Shown: piece after piece, positions 13,685 through 26,706 of the stretch | Layout of the letters: each line of letters begins with the position of its first letter | Numbering within the stretch: position 1 is the first letter of the stretch | The notes under the pieces: generated by a model | What the model was told of the DNA's origin: nothing | The model's input: the letters and a program-made list of their open reading frames with translations, nothing else | Databases searched by the model: none | Program-made: the position numbers and the translations under genes | DNA from: Camelus ferus | Lineage: Eukaryota | Assembly (NCBI RefSeq): GCF_009834535.1 | Contig: NC_045696.1 | Span: forward strand, 4,776,001 to 4,840,000 | Direction of reading: 5' to 3' | DNA: 64,000 nt

Positions 13685-13913
13685 TCTTATTTTTTTTTAT
13701 TGAAGTATAGTCAGTAACAATGTGTCAGTTTCTGGTGTACAGCACAGTGTACCAGTCACGCATAGCCATACATATATTGTTTTTATATTCTTTTTCATTA
13801 AAGGTTGTTATAAGATGTTGAATATAGTTCCCTGTGCTATACAGAAGACATTTTTTTAAATCTATTTTTGTATATAGTGGCTAACATTTGCAAATCTCAG
13901 ACTCCTAAATTTA
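13685..13913 (-). mobile_element. Short LINE-1 3' end (same family as 11551)
   Basis: Poly-T then 'attgaagtatagtcagtaacaatgtgtcagtttctggtgtacagcacag...gtggctaacatttgcaaatctcagactcc', aligning directly to the 11551 copy. Confidence 0.9.
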
Positions 13914-14009
13914 GGGGGGTGGGTCTAGCTCAGTGGTAGAGTGAATGCTTAGTGTGCATGAGGTCCTGGGTTCAATTCCCAGTACCTCTGTTAAAATTTT
14001 TTTTTTAAA
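13914..14009 (+). mobile_element. tRNA-Ala-derived SINE (Vic-1 type)
   Basis: 'ggggggtgggtctagctcagtggtagagtgaatgcttagtgtgcatgaggtcctgggttcaattcccagtacctc' contains A box (TAGCTCAGTGG) and B box (GGTTCAATTCC), followed by an A/T-rich tail. Confidence 0.9.
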
Positions 14010-14094
14010 TGATTCTGTTCTTATTTTGGCCTGACTTTATGGATGAGGACATAAATCTAGGGAAATTATTTGCCCAAGTCCCTCTGTGTTACAA

Positions 14095-14310
14095 TAAGAA
14101 GAGTAAACATTGGTTTAGTGCTTACTCTATATGAAGCACTGTTCCAAGCCTTATGATATGGATGATTTTACTTAATTCTCCAATAAACCTTTAGAACAGG
14201 GAGTGTCATTATATCCGTTCTACAAATTAGAATAATTAGGCACAGAGGATATAAGTACACAAGCGGATTAGATAGAAATAAATGGCAGATCAGGATTAAA
14301 ACCCAATGAC
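14095..14310 (-). mobile_element. MIR SINE
   Basis: 'tagtgcttactctatatgaagcactgttccaagcc...ttaattctccaataaacc...atccgttctacaaattagaataattaggcacagagg'. Confidence 0.7.
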
Positions 14311-17300
14311 TTGGTATCACTCTGACCCCTGACCCCCTTTTGGGGAAATGGAGATTTGGTCAAATCCAGGGATATCTGTCACTAAAGTCCATCCTTCTTC
14401 CCCCAAACTAGAGTTCTCTTTTTCTTATCCTGTGTTAGATGACATCACCGAGGTTCAGAGACTTGATTAAAATGCTGTGAGGGCTCCAGAGGCAGTGCTG
14501 GGAGAGAGCATCATGTCCACCCGCTGTCTGGTGCGTTATTTCCAAATCAGAGGCTCATAAATACTAAATAAAGTGAAAGTAATACTGAAAGTGATGTGGG
14601 CTCATTATCTTATACAGAATTATTGAGTAAAATGATGGATAAATTAAAAGGTACATGTCACTCCTAAATAGTTGTTCTGGATAATAAATGGGATTAATGC
14701 TCTTGAAGTGAAAAGAATGTTGGTCAAGGCAGCATCTTATGAAATCTGTTCCTAAAAAGGAACACCTGATGACATATGTCATCGCCCTGAAGAGTGAAAT
14801 GAAAAGGCTGGGGACATGCCTGCAGGAGTTCGGGTTACCATCTCAGAGTCTGCACGGTGGGTCACCTTGCATCCTCTCGTGATGCGGGAGGCCCCCTTCA
14901 GCTATAGCTGAGATGCATGCATTTTCTACTCGATCTTCCTATTTTTCTTCCCTCTTATAAGCCAGAGAAAGCAAACCTTGACTTTATTCTGAACTGTCAC
15001 AAATGACATTTACTTTTATCCCCCTCGGAAATTCCTCGAAATAATTAATATCCAAGAATATAATCTTTATACAGCTACTTTGCTCCTAGAGAAATCCGAA
15101 GGTTAGAAAATGTCAGAAGGAATCGGAATTGATTTTGCCACCTGGGGTGAAATTTTCCATTCTTGTTACAAAAGTCAATTTTCATGAAAAAAATTCACAT
15201 GCCATAACTTGGGACTATCCTAATTTCAGTGGGTAAAAAACTGCTTATAGTTGCCTGTTTAAATTTTTATTTTAGTACAGAGCATTGGCGTTAAGAGTTT
15301 ATCCTCTCTTTTATAAACTTCTGATCTTCCTTAGGAATAAAGTAAAAGCAAAGTCACTCAAGTAAATTTTAAAATATTGGACCACTTTACATTCAAATCA
15401 TACTTACAAGGCACCAGGTATTGGTAAGGGAAGACCTCACAGACAATCCGAAGAACTCTTACGAGGTAACCTGTTTCAGGAAGTTAACTCCTAAGCAGCC
15501 AGAGTGTTGTGAGCGGTAATGTGCTATAAGCACCTAAATAGGCTTTAGGGACTAATTTTCAAACTTCAGTGGAGGGAGGAGGGATGGATAGTTGCAGGGA
15601 TGGATGGGAGTGGGGTTTGGATGAATGAATGGATGGGAAAATGGATAGAGAGCTGGATTCATTTCTTTGAACAATACTTGGACGTTGGTTAAGTTTTACG
15701 CTTCAGATCTTTAATTAGGAAACTGAAGAAAGGGAACCAGTTTTTAAATAGGTGTGGAATAAGTCAGCTATTGTAAGTCTGTATGTTTATAGCAGAACAC
15801 AAAGAAAGTGGTTTTACTATGCATTCACAGATGTCTGGCGCTAATCACACACCCAGGCCAGAGATGAGGGTATTTTGATCACTATGAAGGATGATGAGTT
15901 CCCACTGAGTTTACCTTATCCGGACACAGCTGTAACATCTTCCATGTCCCTGTTTACTCAGCTTCCCTGCCCTTGCTGTCCAGCTACAAGTGAGGTATTT
16001 TTCTGTCCTTCTGGTAGAAGTCAGTCAAATCACACGACATTCTTTGTTTTAACACACACACACATCTAGGCTTAGCTCTGACTCCATCATTGACTGAGGC
16101 TTCTGCGGTGGTCCCCAGGGCACTGTGAGATGTCCCCGAGCCTTGGGACCTGGCCTCGGGGTCCCTCTCTCCTTAGTCCACTCCAGACACTCCCACATGC
16201 TGTCTCAGTGGTTCCATTCGTAGGCGTCTCTGATGAGAAAGCTCTCCCCCAGCTAATCACAGCCTCTCTCACCCTTTTCCTCTGTGTCTCTGCTCCTCAC
16301 AGTGACCATCTTACATCATAGCACACCCACCACCCTCGATGTCCTATCCCTGATTTTTTTTTGGTCCAGAGCTTCGTGTGCCTCCAGAAAAACCTGTCTG
16401 ACCACCATATTTGAAACCAGGACTGCATGGACATTTCTTACGACTCTTCCTTTCGTTTTCCTCTGTAACGTTCGTTACTGCCACACAAACTCCATGTACA
16501 CTTATGTGGTTGGTGGCCCGTGTCCCCCACACCCAGGGCCTATGCTCTGCTCATTCAGTGATGTGCCTCCAGCTCCTAAAACGGGGCCAGAGAGATTTCT
16601 GCCTTGAAAGAGCAGATAGAATTTGGTTTGGGAGGAGGGATGAGGCAAACGATTTGTTTTACTGGAAACCAGCAGCTGTCCTCACTGAAGTGTGTTAGTG
16701 CTTCAGCCTCACAGCTCATTCTTGGTTTTCCCCACCAAGTGTGACGTGTGAACCAGTTTGACGTTTAGAACTTCTTTGTGTAAAATATTGAAGACAACCT
16801 CTTTTATACAAACATTGATTTAGAACTACTCAATGTGTATGAGTTTTCTCTTAAGCAGTGATAAGAGTTTTTAAAAGTTTATTAAAACATAAGGTAAACG
16901 TTCTCAAAAGTCTGGGAGGGCAGTCGGACCCCAGTTCTGCTTCCTTGTGGCTGAACATCCTTGGACTCAACATTTATCCCTCCCAAGCCCAGTGCCGCGT
17001 CTACGAGTCACCTCGTGTTGGACGGTGGAATCCACTCTGTCCTGCCTTCACCCCATACTGTCTGAGCAGCTGCCTCTCTGAGCAGGAAACCGCCAGGCAC
17101 AGGGGCCCGATGTTGACAGGGGCCCTGCTCACCTGTCTGCAGTGCAGGCGCTGACGCCCGCAGGCTGTGGTGGAACGGTGATGTATGCTAGTGGCGGGAT
17201 AAGTGATGGGGACCCGTGGGCACGTCACCTGTAGGAAAAGGTGAGCAGACTGAGACCTGGGAAGAGAAATAGGGGTGAGACAAACTGATGGCAAGCAGGG

Positions 17301-17479
17301 GTGGAGGTGAATCACGCAGAGGGAACCTGGAGACCAGAGAGAGTCTGGTACGCTTGAGGTGAGGAACAGCCTGAGCAGAAGGCAAGGCTGCTGATGCCAG
17401 CAGGTACTTAACCTCTCATGTCCTGAATGCCGTGATAATGGTCCTCTTAGTATTGAAGAGACACAGAGAGATCATTGCT

Positions 17480-17915
17480 TGGGAGAGACACAATCAAACA
17501 TAGTATAAATTTTACCCTGCCTGAGGTGTGGCAAATGGTTGGGGGAATTGGGCAGGCCAGCACCAGAAGGAGGGTAAATATAAGCATACGAAATGTGTCC
17601 TAATCTGGGAAGAGTTAGGGGAGGCCTTGAACCACTGGACAAGTGGGGATGCAGAGAGCAGGTGGAGCTGGGAGATGCTATGGCAGAAAACCACATGGTT
17701 TTGGTGACACTGTGGGTGCTGAGAGGGAGAAGGAACAAATAGGGAGGGTGTGGTAACTTCCTCATCAGGTAACAGGGTGGGTGATGGAAATTTGGACCTG
17801 CATAGAGGGAACCATTTGAAGAGTGAGTTTAAGGTGGAGCTGGCGGAGTTCAGTATTGGATGGATTGACTTCAAATTGTCCCTGCAGTTTCCTGGTGGAG
17901 TGAGACTGGTTTTGT
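17480..17915 (-). mobile_element. L2 LINE fragment
   Basis: Purine-rich reverse L2 text: 'ggccttgaaccact...gagttcagtattggatggattgacttcaaattgtccctgcagtttcctggtggag'. Confidence 0.6.
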
Positions 17916-17945
17916 ATATGAGAAAATATATTTCCTCTGGGAACA

Positions 17946-18570
17946 TTTTTTCCTTCCAATTTTATTGAGGTGTAATTTGACATACAGCCCTGTACAAGGT
18001 TAAGGTATGCAGTACAGCATAATGATTTGACTTACATACATCGTAAAGTCATTATCACAGTAAGTTTAGTGAACATTGTCTTATAAAGATAGAAAGTTAA
18101 AGAAATAGAAAATGTTTCCTTCTTTGTGATGAGACCTCTTACGATTTACTCTCTTAACAGCTTTTATGTATAACATACAGCTATGTTAATTATAGCAATC
18201 ATGCCGTATATTACTTCCCTAGTACTTATTTATCTTATAACTGGGAGTTTGTACCATTTAACTGCCTCCATCCCCCTCCACCTCTGGTAACCACAAATCT
18301 GATCTCTTTTTCTATGGGTTTGTCTGTTTTTGGAGTATAATTGACCTACAACACTACATTAGTTCCTGTTACATGGCAGTGATTTGACATTTCTGTACAT
18401 TTCAAAATGATCACCATGATAAGTCTAGTTATAATCTGACACCACACAAAGATATTACATAATTATTAACTATGTTCCTCACACTGTGTATTTCATACCC
18501 GTGACTCGTTTATTTTGCAACTGGAATTCTGTACCTCTTAATCTCCCTCACCTATTTCTGTCCTCCTGCT
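17946..18570 (-). mobile_element. LINE-1 3' UTR (older L1MA9-like / laurasiatherian type)
   Basis: 'ccaattttattgaggtgtaatttgacatacag...tgtgatgagacctcttacgatttactctcttaacagc...tacttatttatcttataactgggagtttgtacc...ctggtaaccacaaatctgatctctttttctatg'. Confidence 0.85.
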
Positions 18571-21094
18571 AAATGTTCTCTGGGAATATTTTAATGTGAA
18601 AAGAGATTATTTTAGGTTATCTGCTGTTTTAAATTTGTTAGGCACTTTTATAGGGGGAATGTGGGATCATTCAGAATTGTCTTATCATGACAGAATGGGG
18701 CAGAAGGCTTACATTCAATGATGTAAAAACAGTTAGAGGATCCTCATAAAACCAGGGCTCCCAGTAGATAAAGCTGTAGACAACTGGTCAACTCAAGGGC
18801 TAGGGCTTCTTTCTCTTCTTGATCATAAAAAGCATTTCTTGTTTACCAACAGAGGTCAGCTGAAGAAGAAAGAGCTTGTCAGGTCTGTATGTGACTCCAC
18901 AAAGGAGAACAGGAAGGTCAATTCCAGCATGAGAACAATTAGTCTAGGAAGATACACATGTCAGGAAGCAGCAGTGGATGTGTATCTAGTGTGTTCTGTC
19001 TGGTCCAGCCTCTTTGAGGGGCAGTGCTGAGCTGAACCAGAGGGTGACTGAAGTGGGCCTGAGGCGACTGGAAAGGATGCTTCGTTCTTCTTCTTATTTC
19101 ATTCTCATTGTAAGGCATCTCTTGAAAATAAACAGCACCCTTAGAGTTAAAACAATGTATCTTTAATGTAGAAATTGTTTCTTCAAAATATCACTGGGGC
19201 CACTGGGGAATAAAAATGGCAAGCCTGTTTACATAAACTTTATTGCCTCCTGTAACTGTGCTTTCTGGGTAAATAAAGGGTCTTAGTTCTGTTCTCTTAG
19301 CATAAAGGGAAGAAAGAGGGGGTAGCACAGGGATAGGTGGCCAAGGGTCATCCTAATACTCTGATGCTTTTATAGAAAAGAAAGATCCCCTTTGAGAAGA
19401 AAGGGGGTTCTGAAGGTGGTTACAAACACTCTTCCACACTGGGAAACTTCCAACACTCTTCAAGCTTTTTATATCTAAAGAGCTAAAAAGTTCAGAAATC
19501 TACCTCGAATGTTTCTTACCCAATCATATTGTGGTCCAAGTAGGAGCTGATGTGAGGCGACAACTGTGAACTATTGGTTGATGGACAGGAGGGACCACTA
19601 GGCTTGGAGGATGAGGTGCAGACCTCTTTGATCGGCTGAGTGCTTTGAATTAAGAAGACCTGTCTGCCTCTGAAAGGCACGGAAAGGATCCAAGACTTTT
19701 AAGATAAGGTAATTCCTCATTAACACAGGCAAATATTAGAACTTGGAGTGGAATCTTTGCCAACATCATTCATATTCCAGATTGAAAGCTATCAACAGCC
19801 ACCAAGACCATGTTCTGTGATAGAAACATACACCACTCATGAGAGAGGCATGTCAGGTCCTTTTCTATTGGGAGGCAGGTGAAGGCTTCCTGGTGGCTCA
19901 CTGGACGCTCTCCCCAAAGCTGTGTGTCCTGTGTACTCTGAGAAAGAGGAGAGGCTGAAAATGGAGATGACACTGTCAAGGACAAAACACGTCTTACCTG
20001 GGAGACTCTCTGACTGCTTCTTACCCCCAACTACTTGTTGCTACACTCTCTGTCTTCCAGAATTTTGAAATCAGAGACACTGACTTAGAAGGTGATTTAT
20101 TAAGGCCAGCTCAGCAAAGGCAAAAACATACCCTCACTATCCTTCAGCAAGGGAGGGGCGATATAAGAGGGCATTCCTCCAGCCTTGTGACCTTGAGGAA
20201 CTGAACATTTGTTAGGCAGATGAGGCAGAAGCAGACACAGTCTATCCGTGATCTAGGACAGCAGTGCCGCCATGTCAGGACGTGGAGACTATAGGAAGCG
20301 ATTCCTTTGTTCAGTTCAAGGAAGGACGCCAGCCAGTGTAATATTGGGAAGGGATAGGCTAAATCAGAGCTGTCCTGGAAAAGTCAGGGCAAATGTTTAT
20401 GCATATTCTACCTGTAAAAAGCATTTTTTTTATAATCATTGAATATGTACAATAAAATAAAAGAAACCCAGAATTAATATAGCAGAATGAATTCATGATG
20501 TTCTTAGGGGCTGCTTCCGTCCTTAAATGAACATCGTGAGTCTTGCCTATGTCTCTTACGTCTTATCTGAGCCACAGAGACTAAAGAAGAGAATCCAGCA
20601 TATAAGGGAATTCTGGCATTTCGCCATCAAATATGACCCAGGACTTGTGGCTGTGGCTGTATGTTTATATTAGATCTTTGTGAGGTTAAATCAATGATAA
20701 TTTACCAAAAATCATCACCAGGCCTTTGCAGGAATACTGTGGTCTTTGGTACTGAGACACCCCAGTGCAACGGGATTGCTTTGGGGCTTAGAATTTTTAA
20801 ATGGGGCTGTGAGATTTTGGGACCCAAAGATGGAGGATGGCTACCAGCATGTGTCACTTTACAGTGTGGAAATCTCCCTGATGACTGGACTGGAGGCTCA
20901 CTCTGGGGTCCCCCGACTTCGAGGAGTGCAGTCTTCAGAGAAAAAGATGGGAGACCACGCATAGGGCTCCCATCTCAGAATTTCACACAAGATCCCTCTT
21001 ACAGAGCCAAGAGTGACTTCGTATTCCCTTTGCCCCAGAAGCCAGAGCAGCCAAAATGGGCACTGCAAGATGGGCATGTTAGACTTGATCCAGG

Positions 21095-21430
21095 GTGCAC
21101 AGTCATCCATCAGTGTGTGACGAACCTCCCAAAGTCAGTGTCTTGAAACGATAGCTCTTTATTTAGCTCATGCTTCTGTAGGCTGGCAGTTCAGGCTGGG
21201 CTCAGCTGGGCTCAGCCATGAGTTTGTGATCGGCGGCCGGTCAGGGAGGTGGCCGGCCAGCTGCGTGCTAGGGCTGTTGTCCTGTCAGCCAGCAGGCCAG
21301 CCTGGGCTGTGCACAGGGCACCACAGCAGAACTCAGAGACAGCAGAAGTGCCCAAGGCCCCTTGAAAGCCCAGCTCCCTGCTGACATAGAGAGACTCTAC
21401 CACGTGCTAGGGGTCAATGCAAGATCCAAG
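21095..21430 (-). mobile_element. Older MaLR LTR (MLT1F-J group)
   Basis: 'gtgtgacgaacctcccaaagtcagtgtcttgaaac...atttagctcatgcttctgtaggctggcagttcaggctgggctcagctggg'. Confidence 0.65.
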
Positions 21431-23254
21431 GCCACCTCCTGTGGTTCTCTCCAAACTACCCTAGAATCAGGCTGGAGAGTGCCTGGCCCTCCTGCAGGCG
21501 CTTGGATTGCTCTCATTGTCTTCCATACCCCAAATCCCACCCTCTGCCACACCAGCTCTCACCCCAGCCCTCTCCTGGACGATGCTTTGTCTTCTCCTGG
21601 GCTGGTCAAGGGGGGACAGTGGGAGGATCCTGTTTAATGCTCTCATCCCATCATCACAAGATGAGCATTTGCGAGGCCTGGGGCCCTCTCACCCCAAACA
21701 GCCCCTGCGCCCTCAGCCTGAATTAGCCGAGTCAGAGTGAGTGTGATTTGGCTTGGGGCGGGGGCCCTTCCCTGGAAACTGTCTTGTGCTAAGTCACACA
21801 TGCTTTCTCATCTACACTTAGGGTTCTCTGGAGGAAGCTTGGTCCCTGCCAAGTGCTCACAGGGCTCTGGGTGAGCACAGCCTGGCCCTAGGAGAGAGAG
21901 TACCACATATGGGGGCTGTTCCCCGTCTGAGCTGCTGACCGGTCCTCTCGTAGGCTGGGGTCCCCCAGAAGTAGACCCCAAGATGGGAAATTGAGTGCAG
22001 ACAGTTGCTTTCAGAGGCAGTGCCAGAAAATACCCTGAGGAACTGGGGAATGGAAGCAGCCAATTGCGCTTGTTGTCCAGTGGGGCTGCCCTTTGTAATG
22101 GGGCTCGGTCTCACATGGGAGCCCTGAGAGAGCTGGCCCAGCACACTTCAGAGTGGTCAGACCTAGGGAGGAGGAACCTGCTCTGTCAAGGGCTGCGTGC
22201 GGGCTGCTCCTGGGGCTCTGACCGCCAGCACCCCCTGTCCTATTTGCTGGCTGGAGAAGACTCTCAGGTCAGGTCAGGGTACAGGTGTTTGCATTAGGAG
22301 CCCTGTTGGCTGGAACTGGAAAAGGGGTGCCGCAGAGCATTTGGCAGACTTTGTGAGGCCACACATCCAAGAACAGAACCTGCCTGACTTTCCAGTCCAT
22401 GTTCTTTTTCACTGGATGAGACCCCATTCCAACCACAGACAGTGCGATGCCCAAGAAGGGAAAGAGAAGACCAAAGCAGCAGATGGTGCTGGGGAAGAGG
22501 CTGTGAACGTGAGCAGCCCGAGGGCACTGAGGATGACCAGCTGGACATTGCAGAGACGGACAGCAAGTAAGCAAAATGAGAAAGAGCAGGAGAGGAGAGA
22601 AACTGATAATAAACGAAGAGCTGGAGCGTTCAGATTCAAGACAATGATATTTCCTCCGTGCACAGAGGCCTGGTGATGAAAACCAAACTTATTCTGAAAA
22701 GTTATTGCTTTAATATCTTAGCAAACCACTGATAAAATCTGGGGAGGACTGATTCAACAATGCATAATTGTCCTTCTTACCCAAATAATGCTTGTTTCAT
22801 GATGATTTGGGGCCTGTAACAGAAAGCCCCAAGTTCTGTGATGGACGGTGGTGGTTCTGTGTATATCACCCCACACAGAGCTGGCCCTCTACGGCATCTG
22901 TTTTGATCTGGCTGTAATTGCGTCCCTGCCTGCTGCTATACAGGAAAGAGGGAGACACTCTCTGTCCCCCAAATGCTGGAGGGATGGTGTCACTCTTCAG
23001 TTTAGTTTTTTGTTCCCAAGTAGATTTATTTTATGCTCTATTATATGTATATGCTTGTGTGAAATAAATACATCACAAATAAAGATCCACTTTAAGAACA
23101 GTATTTAAAAACACAAATAGTACAAACGTATGTATTTGTAAAATTATGATGAACTTTTCTAAGATCTCTCTGGCATGTCAGTGGTATCGATGCCATGTGA
23201 ATTAAACAGAGTTGCTTGAGTTTCACAGGTATCCGTGAATTTTTTAATAATGCA

Positions 23255-23811
23255 TTTCTTTCTTTCTTTTTCATTTTATTTTTTTATTGAAGTATAGTCA
23301 GTTACAATGTGCCAATTTCTGATGCACAGCATAATGTTTCAGTCATATGCATACATACATATTTTCATTTTCATATTCTTTTTCATTATAGGTTACTACA
23401 AGATACTGAATATAATTTCCTGTGCTAAACTGAAGAAATTTGTTTTTTTATCTATTTAATATATAGTAGTTAACATCTGCAAATCTCAAATTGCCACTTT
23501 ATCCCTTAGCACCCCCTTTTACCCCTGTAACCATGTTTGTTTACTATGTCTGTGAGTCTGTTTCTGTTTTGTAGGTAAGTTCATTAGTGTCTTCTTTTTT
23601 CTTTTCTTTTCTTTTTTTAATTCCGCACATAAGCGATATCATATTTCTTTCTCTTTTTGGCTTACTTCACTTAGAATGATGATCTCCAGATCCATCCATG
23701 TTGCTACATATGGCATTATTTTATTCTTTTTTATGGCTGAGTAGTAGTCCATTGTATAAATATACCACAGCTTCTTTACCAGTCCTCTGTCATCAGAAAT
23801 TTAAGTTGTTT
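23255..23811 (-). mobile_element. 5'-truncated LINE-1 3' end (camelid-type)
   Basis: (TTTC)n/T tail then 'attgaagtatagtcagttacaatgtgccaatttctg...ggcttacttcacttagaatgatgatctccagatccatccatgttgc'. Confidence 0.92.
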
Positions 23812-25634
23812 ATTTAAAAAGGTGCCTTTCCATTTTTCCATCCAGTTTTATAAAAAGATTTTCCTGAGCCTAAATCCCCTTTCACTGGAAAGCTCAACCA
23901 AAAAATTTAATGAATTAGTTTGCTAGTTCAGATTCTGTGTTTGGCTGACATATTACATACCAAGAGTTTTCACTGGCTACACTCACACATATAGAAACAC
24001 ATTGATGAAAAATCTTAACTCTAGGTAAAATGGTTATTCATGTATATATAAGCACTTAACGTTATATGTAATACTACTTTTTCCATTATGCAAACTTTGA
24101 AAAAATATCTAATATTTTGAGTTCCTTCATTAATCAAAGCGAAAAAATGAGACTGTCACTGTACAAATTCTTAATATGTTATTTTTGTGAATTAGCAAAT
24201 TTGCACTAGTAAAATTGGTGAAAAGTTTAGAAATAAAAACACAGAAGAGGAAAGGAAAAAAGAGAATCCATATGTGTAGTATTCTCCCATAACCACAGAA
24301 ACAGTAAAAATTTTTGAATAGTACTTGGTTAATTTTCCAAATTTAAAAAATTTTTGAGGAATAATATTGGAAAATAAAAAATTAAAAAATAAAGCTTAAT
24401 TTTGAAGAATTGTTCATGAAAATTCTAACTTCAAGTTGCTCATGATCTAAATTTTCTTAGGGACCAGAACTTCCATTAGCTGTTTTTCTAAAGAAACATG
24501 CTGGCACTTTTTGTTATAAACCAGATTCCTTTCATCAAATGAAGCTCTCACATTCATTCGAAAAGTTCTTGAGACACTTTATCTTAAATTAATTAGAAAT
24601 ACTGTTGTTTTTAAAGGTTAAAAAGTATTTGGGTTTCTGCAAGTGTTAATTTATTAGGAAACTCAGAGGAGTAAAGTTACTTCTCCAGGGTCGGTAAAAT
24701 TCATAAATATAAATGCTTCATCGGAGTCTTGGTCTCTTGATGCCTGATGGAAAGTTGTCTGTGCTGTGTGTGATCTAAGCACAAAACCCATACCTTACTC
24801 TTCAGTGTCCATTGCTCTTTGAATGTTACCGCATTGTTGATTTATGGACTTCATGCCTATGGGACAGTTACATGTGGCTTCTGCACTCCCAACCCCGAGT
24901 GCCAGGCTACCCCCATTTCTGGCTGCCAAGGTGGCAACGTGGATGGACCAGGACATTCTCTACTGCCAGCCCCTGGCATCTGAGTTCTACCCACCCCTGA
25001 CCAAACACACCCTTTAGATGAAGAGATTTATTACCTTCCTAGAGTGAAATGAGTTTTACTCACAACTGACCACAGATATCAGCTCTTGCCTTTCCAAGGG
25101 AAAGTGTGTGTCCTGTCAGCAAGGGTTCCTGACCTCCAGTTTGGAAAGACTCAGCAAGTAGAACTCTCCACTATTAAAACCAAGGCACTGAAACTCAGAG
25201 TGGTAACGTGACTCAGACTTAGTTATTGGCATTTATTGTCTTAAAAGGGGAAAAATCAAATTAATGAAAGCATTTAAAACTACACTGCATTCTCATTAAA
25301 TACATTTTGTAGGATGGCTGCTTGATGATCACGAACATCAAATCTGACTTCTCTATTGAGCAAAATGAACTGTAATCAAGTGGAACAAATTGCATTGCTA
25401 TTCTCCCTTCTTGTTGATTTGAGTTAGCTCGTGGCAGCAGGGCAGCAGTGGGCTGTGTTTGCTCAGCTCTCCTAAGGAGGACAGCAAGCCACTTACTTCA
25501 GTTTACACCAGCTTCCCACCTACTGACTGCCTGGCATCGCCCCGGCTTTAATCCAAAGTTCCAGCTCCCTCTTCACTTCAATGGAACACATCCCAGTGGA
25601 AAGGACATGCTTTATGCCTAGCTTTGTTCTAGAG

Positions 25635-25864
25635 CAGGGCACGCTTTCTCAGCCTCAGCACGGCTGGCATCTGGGGCCAGGTGATTCTTGTTCTGGGGGT
25701 AGCAGCCTGTCCTGTGTATCTAAGATACTTAGCGGCATCCCCGGCCTCTGCCCACTAGATGTCAGCATCACCCATCCTCCCACTGCCACTTGTGACCCAG
25801 AGTATCCCCAGATAGTACCCAACGTCCTCTGAAGGGCAGAACTGCCCCCAGGACAGAACCACTG
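25635..25864 (+). mobile_element. MER20 (hAT-Charlie MITE), apparently full length
   Basis: 'ttctcagcctcagcac...tggggccaggtgattcttgtt...agcggcatccccggcctctgcccactagatgtcagca...actgccccc...agaaccactg'; flanked by an 8-bp TSD-like pair ttctagag/ttctagat. Confidence 0.88.
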
Positions 25865-26706
25865 TTCTAGATACAACAGGGGTTGTAGGATTATTGTAAA
25901 ACCACACAGAGAGAAAATGCTTCCAGGAGTCCCTCGCAAACTGATTTGATTAGAGTCTATTAGAAGCTGAGCAAACAAAGCCCACTTCGGCTCAGTTTCC
26001 ATGGGCTAACTCGTGTCATTATTTGTGATGCCTTATGTACACTCTGTGTATACTTTTTCATCCGTTCTCAGTTTAGTGTTGCTATTTCCCCCTCCCCATC
26101 GAGAGCCTATAAATGTATAAACATACATACGGCATGTAAACTGTTGACGGCAAACTTTGATTTTGAAACACTTTCATGGACAGTGTATTTGCGGGAACAC
26201 AATGGCATCTGTCAGTCCTGCCCTTCCTGCTGGCCTCAGCTATAATGATTATAGAAAATCACTTTGTCTTGAAGAGGGAAGGTACTTAAAGTAAGGCAGA
26301 GCTGCTGTCACATGTGCTGTCTGCACATGGGCCTTTCAGTGCACCGATTAAGTCCACCTCGGAGTTTGCAGGTCTGTGGCTCACAGAATTTCTGCGAGTA
26401 GAACCTGATCCCTGATCCCTGCACTGCTGGCCAGTCTACTTCATGCATAATGCAGGCCAGTGAGTAACATCACTCCCGAAACATGCTGGTTCAGAGGAGT
26501 TAAATGCTTTCTAATTCATGAGGGATGGGAAATAATGGAAGTATTCACTTGTATCAGGAGGCAGGGGCTGCAGATGGGGTCTAGGATGACCCCATTGAGA
26601 AGGCAAGTCATGTTTTGTGACCTAAATTACCCAGGTGACTTAAGTTTCAAAGGTATGTAATTTTTTTGTTTTTTTGTTTTTGTTCAAACGTTAGGCAAGG
26701 ATACAT

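Noticed and set aside
22197..22676. Purine-rich ORF cluster with a donor-like CAA|GTAAGC near 22567
   Set aside because: Peptides in all frames are unrecognisable, the acceptor is weak and no partner exon is evident.
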